Shown piece by piece: positions 19,547 through 29,557 of a DNA stretch of 64,000 nucleotides; positions within the stretch are counted from its first letter, which is position 1, and every line of letters begins with the position of its first letter. Position numbers and translations under genes: made by a program. The notes under the pieces were generated by a model. It ran no database searches. It was not told where the DNA came from and saw nothing but the letters and a program-made list of their open reading frames with translations. Source of the DNA: Bacteriovoracaceae bacterium (GTDB taxonomy: Bacteria; Bdellovibrionota; Bacteriovoracia; Bacteriovoracales; Bacteriovoracaceae); the NCBI GenBank assembly GCA_018649885.1, contig JABIHA010000074.1, forward strand, positions 1 to 64,000, in the 5' to 3' direction.

Positions 19547-19753
19547 ATGATTAAATTATTTATGGTCATGTTGGTATCACTAACAATGGCAAATGAAATA
19601 AAGCTAAGTGATGAAGACAAGGATATCATTGAAAACCTTGAGTTTTACATGATGCTTGAGCACTTAGATGAAGAGGGTGCTTACTTAGACGAAAGCGATT
19701 CTAAAAAAGAAAAACCAAATAGTGAATTAGACAAGGGAAAGGGCATATCATGA
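19547..19753 (+). CDS. Small acidic exported protein
   Basis: Signal-peptide-like N-terminus; abuts upstream stop and has ATGA overlap downstream. Confidence 0.65.
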   Translation: MIKLFMVMLVSLTMANEIKLSDEDKDIIENLEFYMMLEHLDEEGAYLDESDSKKEKPNSELDKGKGIS

Positions 19754-20361
19754 AGTATTTAATTCTATTATTTTTACTTATAGGATTCTCTCCCCTTTCT
19801 ACTACAAATGTATGGGGGCAAGAAGAAGCTTCTACTACAACTCAAGAGCTTCCAAGCACAAAGCAAGCAAAAATAGACTTTTGGAATTCACTTTCAAAAG
19901 AAGAAAAGCAAAAGCTTAGAGGAAAAAGAAAGAAATGGAAGGCCATGCCTACCAAAAAGCGCGAGCTACTTAGAAGAAGGTATTCAAAGTTTAGAAAACT
20001 TCCAAAAGCTAGAAGAGTAAAAACAATAAAAAATCTAAAATATTACCAATCTTTAACACCAAAGAAAAAAAGAGATATACAATCAAGACTTGAAAAATTT
20101 AATAACCTCTCTCCTGAAGAGAAGGCCAAAAGAATTGAAAGACTAAAAGAGCTGAAAAGAAGAAAAATGGCCCTCAAACGAAAAAGGGCAAAAGCAAAAA
20201 GAAAGGCACTTCAGCAGCAAAATAGTGTTGAGGGAAGTAGAAAGAAACAAAAAATAAAAAAGAGAATGCAAAGACGGAAAAAGAGAACCCGAAGGCAACG
20301 CAGAAGACGAAGAAGAAGACAAAGAGCAAATGCTCAAGCTCCTGGAAATACCGGGGGCTAA
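19750..20361 (+). CDS. DUF3106-like exported protein with very basic tail
   Basis: Signal peptide; repeated W/F..L.PE/K..K helices (WNSLSKEEK, FNNLSPEEK); Arg/Lys-rich C-terminus. Confidence 0.75.
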   Translation: MKYLILLFLLIGFSPLSTTNVWGQEEASTTTQELPSTKQAKIDFWNSLSKEEKQKLRGKRKKWKAMPTKKRELLRRRYSKFRKLPKARRVKTIKNLKYYQSLTPKKKRDIQSRLEKFNNLSPEEKAKRIERLKELKRRKMALKRKRAKAKRKALQQQNSVEGSRKKQKIKKRMQRRKKRTRRQRRRRRRRQRANAQAPGNTGG

Positions 20362-20367
20362 TGCCAG

Positions 20368-20844
20368 CTACCCCCCAGACTCTTCAAAATTCTCTATAAT
20401 TTTCCAAGTATGATCAGATAATAATTTTACATGTGCTAAACACTTCTTATACCCTTTTGAATTTCCCCATTCATTTGGAGCAACAAGAGATAAAACATTT
20501 TTCCCAGTCTTCCTTTCATAGAGAAAATACTCTTGGCCAATATCTGGCTGAAAATTCATATCGGCTTCATAAACAAGATGAGATACTTCCACTCTACTTT
20601 GAATTCCTTTGGCCTGCTTAGCAAGCAGCCTCATTTGTTCCAGTACAATATCTAGCTGATCCTGTGTTTGCTCTCTCATGGCAGACATCGCCTTACCTTT
20701 GATAACACCTCTTTTTGTGGGAGTTATAGCAAATCCTCCTACGGTATGGGCATATTCAATGAGGCCTGGTAAGTCCACGCATTTCTCTTTCATTTTTGCT
20801 AAGTCAATTTTACTTATATCAATTGGTATTCTCTTAGAATTCAC
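20368..20844 (-). CDS. DUF2452-like protein
   Basis: F.P.IGQ.Y.LY, LSLVAP.EW and LLSDHTW pattern. Confidence 0.7.
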   Translation of the reverse strand: MNSKRIPIDISKIDLAKMKEKCVDLPGLIEYAHTVGGFAITPTKRGVIKGKAMSAMREQTQDQLDIVLEQMRLLAKQAKGIQSRVEVSHLVYEADMNFQPDIGQEYFLYERKTGKNVLSLVAPNEWGNSKGYKKCLAHVKLLSDHTWKIIENFEESGG

Positions 20845-21099
20845 AACTTACTCCCATTAAAAGTATTGGAAAATCCAAGCTGAGTTCAAAAATAGGAATC
20901 AAAGCTTTGGATTAAAATTTTAATTTTCAATGAAGTTATTTTAATTAAGAAAAAATAGAGGAGAGCACTACTCCTGAGTAGAATTCAAAAAAGTGCACAA
21001 ATCTCGAAACGAGATCATCCATCAGCACAGCCTAACAAAATTGTCTGTTTTTGCCTATTATTACTTATAGGCCAATCTACAGTAAGCAATTTCTTACAA

Positions 21100-21561
21100 C
21101 TAGAGTATCTGTTGAAATTCTTGAATACAATTTACCATTTCATTTCTCAGTGTCAGCTCTTTTGCTTTAAGAAGTGAAAATGCCTCCTTCAAAAGTTGGG
21201 ACTGGGTGGCCTCGTGAACATCTTCATAGAGAGTAATAACGTGCTTGTTCCACTCAATATTGGCATCAATAATTTGGTCGCTATCAAAGAAGCTTTTAAT
21301 AGGAGGAAGGTAATCATCAAAGCTTTTGTATAGACACTCTGGGCGAAATTGAATCCAAGTTTCGAGAAGCTGTCCATCAAGTCGTTTACCAAACTCTTCT
21401 ACTTCTTCCACAGATTTTTTGTGCCAATTTAAAGAGTATGTAAGAAGCATTCTAGAGCGAACCGAAGTTTCTAAATTAAGGCGGGTCTGCAAAAATTCAC
21501 AAATGTCATTTTTAAACTCGGTAATGTGGTCAAAAACGTTCTTAGTTTGTATAAAGCTCAT
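21100..21561 (-). CDS. Hypothetical helical protein (possibly ferritin-like fold)
   Basis: 153-aa ORF with GGGAG RBS; helical pattern. Confidence 0.6.
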   Translation of the reverse strand: MSFIQTKNVFDHITEFKNDICEFLQTRLNLETSVRSRMLLTYSLNWHKKSVEEVEEFGKRLDGQLLETWIQFRPECLYKSFDDYLPPIKSFFDSDQIIDANIEWNKHVITLYEDVHEATQSQLLKEAFSLLKAKELTLRNEMVNCIQEFQQIL

Positions 21562-21700
21562 CTCCCATCATCCTTGTCTAGGGGCCACTTGGCGTCATCG
21601 TCATTAACAAGTTTACACCAAAATGGTGCGAAGCCAACATCGATCGTCAGGTAATGATTACACTTTCCGAGAAATTTACTCGGTTAATGGAACGTGATTT

Positions 21701-22552
21701 CTAAGCCTTGTTATACTTGATTACTTCAACAGGACAAGCGTCAGAGGCCTCAAGGATTTTGAGCCCGTCATCCAAAGGAGCACCGGCCCTAATAATGCAG
21801 GAATCTTGTGTTACTTCAAAAACTTCAGGATAAATATCTTCACAGGCATTGCATACAATGCACCCATCTTCGATCCAAACTTTTGAAACAGAAAATTGCT
21901 CTGCTTCAGCTGCCCCATCAGCAGAACCTCCTGAACCTCCACCAGGATTAAATAAGTGGATAAACTCTGGATTAGTCGGCAGTACAAGGTGTTTTTCTTT
22001 CCCAGGCACTGATTCAGCAATCATACTATGTTGATTTTGGTGGTAAAAAGCTGCTGATGAACCACTTGAGTCGGCAAAGTCATTAATGGATTTATGAGCA
22101 CCTTTTAATAACTTCAAAAACCTCTCACCCTTAAAGTCATAGGTGAAACTGAGCCCCCCATCATTAGATATCAACTCAACACTAACTGATGCTTTATCCA
22201 CGCCCTTGGCCTTAAGAAGCTCTCCAAAAGCGGCTCCCATATCAAGATCAACGCCAAATGAGCCGGACTTGGCATCGAAGGTTTTAGTTACCTCACCTTG
22301 AGTAGGACTTCCAAAAGGGTTAAAGAGCCTAACCTTGACCTTGTCAATCTTGCCTGGCTCTTTTGAGCTATTCCATGCAAGGTGAAAAGAAAATCCATTT
22401 TCGCCTCGCGAAGTACGTAAGAATGTAAATCTAGGTTTGCCGAAAAAAAACTCGCCGGTTCCAAATAAAAGGCTAAGTACCCCAAGCCCAACGACTAATC
22501 CCACTACCATAACTGTAGATATTCCCAAGGCAATTAAACTGCTTATGCTCAT
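21701..22552 (-). CDS. Membrane-anchored protein with C-terminal single-cluster Fe-S ferredoxin domain
   Basis: N-terminal TM; Gly/Ser linker; CIVCNAC...CPVEVI. Confidence 0.8.
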   Translation of the reverse strand: MSISSLIALGISTVMVVGLVVGLGVLSLLFGTGEFFFGKPRFTFLRTSRGENGFSFHLAWNSSKEPGKIDKVKVRLFNPFGSPTQGEVTKTFDAKSGSFGVDLDMGAAFGELLKAKGVDKASVSVELISNDGGLSFTYDFKGERFLKLLKGAHKSINDFADSSGSSAAFYHQNQHSMIAESVPGKEKHLVLPTNPEFIHLFNPGGGSGGSADGAAEAEQFSVSKVWIEDGCIVCNACEDIYPEVFEVTQDSCIIRAGAPLDDGLKILEASDACPVEVIKYNKA

Positions 22553-22702
22553 AATTTTTGGCCCCTTTAGGCGTTTTCAATGTCATTACAAAAGCGTTAA
22601 CATTTCAACTCTCAACAAAAGACTGGATAAAACCAGAAGTATTGATTAAACAAGTAGGATATCAACGTAAATATAGTATAACTTTCGGGAATTTATCTGT
22701 AC

Positions 22703-23515
22703 ATGGGGAAGCCAAAAATATTTAGAAGGGTTAAATTTAGGCCAAGAAAGATGATCGGCCAATTTTTTCGCTATTCGCGGCTCAGCATAAGCTTATCCTT
22801 TGTGGGGGTTTCCATGGTGATTCTACTAATTCCCCCGGCGATCTTACTCTATTCACTTGAACCACACAGAAGGATCCACTATTTTGGATATTTTTGGAAA
22901 ATCTTCACCAAGATTGTTTTAAAAGTTGGTGTCTCAGCTAAAATCACGGCCATTGATAGAAGGGCAACTTTTCACAGTATTGATGGCAGAGGGCTTGTGA
23001 TCTCCAATCATCTATCTATGGTAGATATTCCACTTATGGCCGAGCATCACATTGTTGTCCCTATAATGAAAAAAGAAGTAGCTGAAATTCCTCTTTTTGG
23101 AAAAATTATTCAAGTCGTCTCCCCCATTACGGTGGATAGAAGAGATCCGGGCTCAAGGCAGAGATCTTTTAAAGAGTGTATTCGAAGAATGAAAATGGGC
23201 TGGCCCGTACAATCTTATCCGGAGGGAACGAGGTCAAAGGACGGAATTCCTAAACCACTTGATAAAATCTACCCCAGACTGATTATGGCCGCTTATGAAT
23301 ACAAAATCCCTGTAACTCCTGTCTCTTTATATGGCACTGACCAAATTTTGACAGGCCAAGGAGAAATTCGACTTGGTAAAAAGATAGGGATCATCACCCA
23401 TGAAGAAGTTTGGCCCCAAGATTATGATGACTGCGATGAATTTGTTGCTCATGTATGGGACATCGTTTTGGGTGGATATAATGAACTCGACAAAATGTTA
23501 AAACCTACTAGTTAA
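22703..23515 (+). CDS. plsC: 1-acyl-sn-glycerol-3-phosphate acyltransferase family
   Basis: NHLSMVD (HxxxxD) and YPEGTRS. Confidence 0.85.
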   Translation: MGKPKIFRRVKFRPRKMIGQFFRYSRLSISLSFVGVSMVILLIPPAILLYSLEPHRRIHYFGYFWKIFTKIVLKVGVSAKITAIDRRATFHSIDGRGLVISNHLSMVDIPLMAEHHIVVPIMKKEVAEIPLFGKIIQVVSPITVDRRDPGSRQRSFKECIRRMKMGWPVQSYPEGTRSKDGIPKPLDKIYPRLIMAAYEYKIPVTPVSLYGTDQILTGQGEIRLGKKIGIITHEEVWPQDYDDCDEFVAHVWDIVLGGYNELDKMLKPTS

Positions 23516-24440
23516 ATACAACGACAGGCCTTAATAAAGATTCTGTAAAAGTTGCCAAACCTAAAACCTTACCGTCATACTCAGGCCATATGAGAGTGCC
23601 ATCTTTAAACTCTTTATCTATATTTAATTGAAGTCCATTTAAAAATTGCTTACCCTGAGTTTCATTTAACTTCCACCCCGGATAAGGAAGTGCTTCAAAA
23701 ACTGGAAAACCTTTTAATTGCTCCCCTGCGCAGCGATCCATAGGCCAGTCTTTTTTATGCAGACTCGATTTGGTTGAAATCGGTCCAATGGATTCACGCA
23801 CCAGTGAAACTAAAACTCCCAAAGTCCCTAACTCTTCAGCACAATCACTAAAAAGAGAACGAATATATGTTCCTGAGCTGACTTTGTAGCGAATCGATAA
23901 ATAAGGAAAAGAATATTTTACAACTTCTAAATCATAAACATGCCTCAGCACTTGTTCTTTTTTAATTATGACCCCTTCTCTGGCCCATTTGTGGAGCGGT
24001 CGACCTTCGAATTTAGCTGCAGAAAAAGTATGCGGAGATTGCAGGTATTCACCTACAAATTTCGAGCGCAGGATATTTTCAATAAACTCTTTTGAAAAAG
24101 TTGAGATTTTTTTATGAAAATATTCGCTAGTGTCCATCTTCTCTACCGGCACCGTCAAGTCCCCTGTTGAAGTCCAGTGACCTAGTTTTCCAACGGCCAG
24201 GTAGGTCTTAGGCAGATCATCATGTATATATTCATTAAAGCGCGTAGCTTGGGCCACACCAATAAGAAGAACTCCACTTGCAAATGGATCTAGGGTTCCA
24301 AAGTGCCCAATTTTTCCATAACCTATAGGCAAGTTTCTTTTAAAGTGTCTTACTACATCTACTGATGATATTCCGGCGGGTTTAAATGCATTAAAGATTA
24401 GCGGCTGGGGGTAGAGAGTTCTATCGAGGTTTGCCTTCAC
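23508..24440 (-). CDS. truB: tRNA pseudouridine(55) synthase
   Basis: GHFGTLDPFASG and SSGTYIRS; follows rbfA. Confidence 0.95.
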   Translation of the reverse strand: MKANLDRTLYPQPLIFNAFKPAGISSVDVVRHFKRNLPIGYGKIGHFGTLDPFASGVLLIGVAQATRFNEYIHDDLPKTYLAVGKLGHWTSTGDLTVPVEKMDTSEYFHKKISTFSKEFIENILRSKFVGEYLQSPHTFSAAKFEGRPLHKWAREGVIIKKEQVLRHVYDLEVVKYSFPYLSIRYKVSSGTYIRSLFSDCAEELGTLGVLVSLVRESIGPISTKSSLHKKDWPMDRCAGEQLKGFPVFEALPYPGWKLNETQGKQFLNGLQLNIDKEFKDGTLIWPEYDGKVLGLATFTESLLRPVVVFN

Positions 24441-24800
24441 TTATTTACTAGTTTTTTCTTTTTCACTATTTAGAATTTGCTCAATATTGTGGGTGGATTC
24501 AAATTGAGCGTCATAGATAAATGTGACAGAGGGGGTATATCTTAAGTTTAAAACTTTAGACAAAAGAGATCTAAATTTTCCTCTGATGCCTTCAAGAGCA
24601 ACTTTAGCGTCCCCTCTTTTTTCAACCTTAAAAGTATCCCAGTAAAACTTGCTCCAAGAGTAATCAGGTGAAAGCTCAACTCTAGTAAATGAGATGAACT
24701 GCAACCTAGGATCTGAAAATCCTTGCCTTAAAAGCAGATTGCCTTCCTCTTTAAGCCCATCTTCATACTGGGCACGTTTGTTATATTTTTCTCTGGCCAT
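24441..24800 (-). CDS. rbfA: Ribosome-binding factor A
   Basis: DPRL, VELSPD and LRYTP..F.YD; between infB and truB. Confidence 0.92.
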   Translation of the reverse strand: MAREKYNKRAQYEDGLKEEGNLLLRQGFSDPRLQFISFTRVELSPDYSWSKFYWDTFKVEKRGDAKVALEGIRGKFRSLLSKVLNLRYTPSVTFIYDAQFESTHNIEQILNSEKEKTSK

Positions 24801-24803
24801 AGT

Positions 24804-27479
24804 TTATAATGTTGCTTCAACAGCAGCTTCCAACTTTCTAGCTTTCTTCTCTATTGTGTAGGCCTCAAAAAGATCACTTTGTTTAACATCATTAAAATTC
24901 TCAAGTCCGATACCACATTCATAGCCATTGGCCACTTCTTTGACATCATCTTTGAATCTTTTAAGAGAAGACATTTTGCCATCAAATACAATTTTCCCTT
25001 CTCTTAGAAGTCTAATATTACAACCTCTTTGAATTTTGCCATCAATAACTGATGAACCGGCAATCACACCAATTTTTGGTATGCTGAAAGTTTCTCTAAC
25101 TTCTGCTCTACCAATGTAAACTTCGATTTCTTCAGGATCAAGTAGACCTTCAAGAGCTAGTTTCACATCATTTATTAACTCATAAATAATTGAGTAAGTT
25201 TTAACTTCAACACCAGTTTGCTCAGCAAGTCTTCTTGCAGAGGTAACAGGTCTCATATTAAAGCCAAAAATAAATCCACCACATGAGCCAGCAAGAGTTA
25301 CATCACTGTCAGTAATAGGACCAACTCCGCCACCAATGACTTTGACATTAACTTCTTCGTTACCGAGGCACTCCAGTGAGCTTCTGATGGCTTCATAGGA
25401 GCCTTGAACATCACTTCTTACAATAAGATTAAGAATTTTTGTTTCTTCACCAGGACCCTGTGCACTTGCAAAGAAGTCCTCAAGGCTGACTTGTTTCTCC
25501 GCAATTGGAGCATTTTCAAGGGCCTTTCTTTCATTAATTCTATTTTCTACAATTTTCTTGGCCTCTCTCTCATTTTTAACAACGTCGAGAAGATCTCCAG
25601 GAGATGGAGGATTATTAAGCCCAAGTACCTGTACAGGAGTTGATGGTCCTGCAGCTTTTAAATCTTTACCATTGTAATCCATCAAACTTCTGGAGCGACC
25701 ATAGGTTTCTCCTACCACTAAAAAGTCACCCTTTTTGAGAGTTCCTGTTTGAACTAAAATAGTGCAAATAGGGCCTCTTCCGGTTTCGATTTTTGATTCT
25801 ATCACTACGCCTTTAGCTCGTCCCTTGGGATTTGCCTCAAGCTCCAACATCTCAGACTGAAGGGAAATTGATTCAAGTAAAGTATCAACTCCATCACCCT
25901 TAAGTGCACTGATTGGGATAAATAGAGTTTGACCACCCCACTCTTCAGGAGTTAGATCAAATTCGACTAATTCTTGTTTAACTCGATCAGGGTTTGCCTC
26001 TTCTTTATCCATCTTATTCACGGCCACAATAATCGGGCAGCCTGCATTTTGAGCATATCTGATAGATTCTTTTGTTTGAGGCATTACGCCATCGTCAGCC
26101 GCCACAACCAGTACTACAAGGTCAGTGACTTGAGCCCCTCTTTGTCTCATGGCCCCAAAAGCTGCGTGGCCCGGAGTATCCAAAAAGGTCAAAGTGGAAT
26201 CATTCACTTGAACTGAGTAAGCTCCAATATGCTGGGTAATACCACCAGCTTCTCCAGAAGCCACTTTGGCCTCTCTTATATAATCTAAAAGGGTCGTCTT
26301 CCCATGATCCACATGTCCCATTATTGTAATAATAGGATTTCGACCAACCTTTTTCTTGTCTTTATCTTTGTCTTCACTTGTAGCAAGCATTTTTTCTTCA
26401 TAAAAGGCGATATCTTCAACTCTATAGTCATAGAAGGTTGCCACTTTCTCGCAAAGATCCATCCCTAAAAAGTCATTCATAGAAACAAGTAAATTGAGTT
26501 CAAGACACTTAAGTTGAAGTTCTGAAAATTTAACTTTTAATTTTAAGGCCAACTCAGAAACCTTCGCCCCTTTGTGAAGCCCAACAACCCTTTTACTATC
26601 TTTAACTCCAAGGACTCGAGTTTGCTGCTTACTGCCTGAGAAAATTTTCTTTTTACCGAACTGCCGATAAAGACTTTTACCAGGTGCTGCCGTTGAATAG
26701 TTTTTAAGTTCTTCATCAGCACGCATTTGAACCAAGTCACGAGCCTTATTAGCAACTTTAGGTTTTGCTACCATAGCAGCAAGACCACCAAGTCTCTTTT
26801 TACTATCTGCAGCTTTCGTTACTGGAGTTCCTGCAACCTTAGAATTTGGGTCTTCAGCTTCTGGCTTTTTAGGCGCTTCAGCTGTTTTTTCTTTTTTGGC
26901 TGCCACTTCTTCAGGTGGAATGAAGACAGGAGTAAATGTGTGCATTTTGTCTGGCTTTAAGTACTCCTTAGAGCTTTTTTCTTCAGCAGTGGCTTCTGCT
27001 ACAACAGGTGCCGCCTCAACTGCGGCTGGCTCTGGCATATGAACAACTCTAAGTCCTGACCCTTCTCCTTCTTCTACTGGAGCTGCTGACTCCCTAGTTG
27101 TGATAGGAGTAGGTTCTGCCGGCACATCTGATATTTCAGTTTCTTTCGCAACCTCTTCAGAAGGTGTTGCTACCAACTTCTTTTTAACTGTCTTTCGCCT
27201 TACTGTGACGACCTTCTTTTTGTTTTCTTTCTTCTCAGCTTCGTCAGAAGACTTGGCCGCAACTTTTTTCTTGGCCCTTTTCTTAACGACTTTTTTCTTT
27301 ACTTCTTTTTTTCCAGCTGGATCCGCTTCTTTCATAAGACCCATGGCCTTATCAATCTCTTCATCACTGAGAGTTGCCATGTGATTTCTCACACTAAATC
27401 CGAAGGACTTAAGTTTTTCCACTAAATCTAGTGCACCTAAGTCTAATTCCTTGGCCAGTTCAAATATTTTTTTTGGCAT
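24804..27479 (-). CDS. infB: Translation initiation factor IF-2
   Basis: GHVDHGKTT, DTPGH and NKMD. Confidence 0.99.
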   Translation of the reverse strand: MPKKIFELAKELDLGALDLVEKLKSFGFSVRNHMATLSDEEIDKAMGLMKEADPAGKKEVKKKVVKKRAKKKVAAKSSDEAEKKENKKKVVTVRRKTVKKKLVATPSEEVAKETEISDVPAEPTPITTRESAAPVEEGEGSGLRVVHMPEPAAVEAAPVVAEATAEEKSSKEYLKPDKMHTFTPVFIPPEEVAAKKEKTAEAPKKPEAEDPNSKVAGTPVTKAADSKKRLGGLAAMVAKPKVANKARDLVQMRADEELKNYSTAAPGKSLYRQFGKKKIFSGSKQQTRVLGVKDSKRVVGLHKGAKVSELALKLKVKFSELQLKCLELNLLVSMNDFLGMDLCEKVATFYDYRVEDIAFYEEKMLATSEDKDKDKKKVGRNPIITIMGHVDHGKTTLLDYIREAKVASGEAGGITQHIGAYSVQVNDSTLTFLDTPGHAAFGAMRQRGAQVTDLVVLVVAADDGVMPQTKESIRYAQNAGCPIIVAVNKMDKEEANPDRVKQELVEFDLTPEEWGGQTLFIPISALKGDGVDTLLESISLQSEMLELEANPKGRAKGVVIESKIETGRGPICTILVQTGTLKKGDFLVVGETYGRSRSLMDYNGKDLKAAGPSTPVQVLGLNNPPSPGDLLDVVKNEREAKKIVENRINERKALENAPIAEKQVSLEDFFASAQGPGEETKILNLIVRSDVQGSYEAIRSSLECLGNEEVNVKVIGGGVGPITDSDVTLAGSCGGFIFGFNMRPVTSARRLAEQTGVEVKTYSIIYELINDVKLALEGLLDPEEIEVYIGRAEVRETFSIPKIGVIAGSSVIDGKIQRGCNIRLLREGKIVFDGKMSSLKRFKDDVKEVANGYECGIGLENFNDVKQSDLFEAYTIEKKARKLEAAVEATL

Positions 27480-27506
27480 GAGGTTTATCTCCCTACTTTA
27501 CCCAAT

Positions 27507-28919
27507 TTACTTCAATTTAAATGCTGCGAGTTCTTCTCTCAGCCTTCTTTCTGCATCAGAGAATTTGTCTTCTCCGTCTTCTAATTCTTCTGATCCACGT
27601 TTGATGTAGCCTTTGTGCTCAGAAGGTACAGCAGAAGCAGAAACAATTTCTTCACCTTCTTCAGGCTCAAGCATGACAGTTCCCTCTTCAATTGCCTTGA
27701 GAGTACTGTCAATAATATCCTGACAAATAGTCGGACTTGATCCTGTAAACTTTTCTAAGTCAGCAGCAGTTGCACCACTCAAATCTCCTATAGACATAAT
27801 TCCACAGTTGACTAAAAGTTGAGCCGTTGCATCATTAACACCAGGAATTTGGACCAAATTCTCCACGGCCACTTTAACTTTTTCTTGAAGCTTAGTTTTA
27901 GAAACAATATTTATTTTGTGAGCAGTGAGCATCGCTGCCAACCTCACATTCTGTCCTCTTCTACCAATAGCAAGTGAGAGTTGATCTTCTTCAACAATGA
28001 CATCCTCAGATTTTTCTTCACCGTTAATCATAATTGAAGTGATCTCTGCAGGAGCAAGAGCGGCCCTTGTGAATGTCTCCAAATCAGGACTCCACTTCAC
28101 AATATCAATTTTCTCACCTTGTAATTCATTGACAACATTTTGAACCCTTGAGCCTTTCATACCCACACAAGCCCCAACTGGGTCAATGTCTTTATCACTT
28201 GTAGTAACTGCAATTTTGGCCCTAAATCCAGGCTCTCTTGCAGCTGCTTTTATTTCGATACTTCCATCTTGAATCTCAGGGACTTCAATTTCAAAAAGCT
28301 TAACCAAAAATAATGGAGAAGTTCTTGAAAGTCTGATCTCTGGTCCTCTATTGGTCATGACAACTTCAGTTAGATAAGCTTGAATCCTATCGCCTGTTTT
28401 AAAGTTTTCTCCAGGAATGATCTCGCGCTTTGGTAGAATAGCATCGGCCTTTCCAAGATCAACAACTACGTTGCCTCTTTCATAACGTCTTGCAATACCT
28501 GTAATCAAATCCCCTTCTCTGTGCTTAAATTCAGCAAATAGGATTTCTCTTTCAGCATCTCTCACTTTTTGAAAAATAATTTGTTTAGCTGTTTGAACAT
28601 CAACACGGCTAAAACCTGGCTCATCAATTTTCATCCCCAACTGATCACCAACTTCGCAATCGGGATCAAGTTCTTTGGCCTTTTTAAAACCAATTTCTAA
28701 AATAGGATCTCTAACCGTCTCAACAACATTTTTGTATTGATATATTTCGATGTCGCCATCTTCTTCATTATATTTTGTTTCATACTCGCCTTGGATACCA
28801 AATTTCTTTCTGGTTGTTACTAAAAAGGCCTGTTCGATTGCGCCAACAATCACATCCTTTTTAATTCCTCGGTCTTTTCCAAGTGCTTCGATGACTTTAC
28901 CAATTTCTGAAAAATCCAT
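27507..28919 (-). CDS. nusA: Transcription termination factor NusA
   Basis: S1/KH domains, GACVGMKGSR and AIGRRGQNVRLA. Confidence 0.98.
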   Translation of the reverse strand: MDFSEIGKVIEALGKDRGIKKDVIVGAIEQAFLVTTRKKFGIQGEYETKYNEEDGDIEIYQYKNVVETVRDPILEIGFKKAKELDPDCEVGDQLGMKIDEPGFSRVDVQTAKQIIFQKVRDAEREILFAEFKHREGDLITGIARRYERGNVVVDLGKADAILPKREIIPGENFKTGDRIQAYLTEVVMTNRGPEIRLSRTSPLFLVKLFEIEVPEIQDGSIEIKAAAREPGFRAKIAVTTSDKDIDPVGACVGMKGSRVQNVVNELQGEKIDIVKWSPDLETFTRAALAPAEITSIMINGEEKSEDVIVEEDQLSLAIGRRGQNVRLAAMLTAHKINIVSKTKLQEKVKVAVENLVQIPGVNDATAQLLVNCGIMSIGDLSGATAADLEKFTGSSPTICQDIIDSTLKAIEEGTVMLEPEEGEEIVSASAVPSEHKGYIKRGSEELEDGEDKFSDAERRLREELAAFKLK

Positions 28920-28938
28920 AATCCCCTCAACTATTCAT

Positions 28939-29466
28939 CTATTCATCTATTAAGTTATTCAATTCAGGATCCACATTTGCTTTTTTAATTCTTTCATATG
29001 AACAAATATGCTTAAAATCCTCGCCATCACTAAAAGTGATGGACTCTTCACCAGCGCTTTCAAGAGTTGCCAAAACTTTATTCTCTCCGGCCCAACTTTT
29101 GGGAAGCCCTGTAGTATTTGAATCAAATCTATCACTAAGTGAAATTTTTATTCTCTGCCCACAGGCCATTTCAAAATGCTTTATGGTACAAAGTTTTCTG
29201 TAGACACCAGGAGATGAAACCTCAAGGGTTAACTCGCTCGGCATCCAATCCAACTCCTCAATATGAGCAGTCATAGCTTTATCAACTTTTATACAATCCT
29301 CTATGACAGCACTTTCTGTCTGAGAGTCCATAACAAATAACCTCAGTAATTGATTTCCAGGAAAGTACTCCAGGTCATAAAGAACCAGACCGCAATCATC
29401 GACTACTGTCTGGCAAAGTTCGTTAAATTTTTTTTCAATCCCAGTGGGAATACTTTTCAAAACCAT
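28939..29466 (-). CDS. rimP: Ribosome maturation factor RimP
   Basis: LEVSSPG; upstream of nusA; ATG 29466 preferred because the ORF-track start lies in the leader hairpin. Confidence 0.92.
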   Translation of the reverse strand: MVLKSIPTGIEKKFNELCQTVVDDCGLVLYDLEYFPGNQLLRLFVMDSQTESAVIEDCIKVDKAMTAHIEELDWMPSELTLEVSSPGVYRKLCTIKHFEMACGQRIKISLSDRFDSNTTGLPKSWAGENKVLATLESAGEESITFSDGEDFKHICSYERIKKANVDPELNNLIDE

Positions 29467-29487
29467 CTTCACTTTTAAAACTTGTGC

Positions 29488-29526
29488 AAAAAAAAAGGGT
29501 GCACCATTCAATGAATGCCACCCTTT
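29488..29526 (-). terminator. rimP-leader terminator/attenuator hairpin
   Basis: Minus strand AAAGGGTGGCATTCATTGAATGGTGCACCC followed by T9, immediately upstream of rimP. Confidence 0.75.
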
Positions 29527-29557
29527 GCCAAACGCACAATAAATTTTAGAGTTGCTC

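Noticed and set aside
20872..20913. AATCCAAGC/AATCAAAGC repeats and imperfect palindrome upstream of the DUF2452 gene
   Set aside because: Short, AT-rich and imperfect; cannot be distinguished from chance
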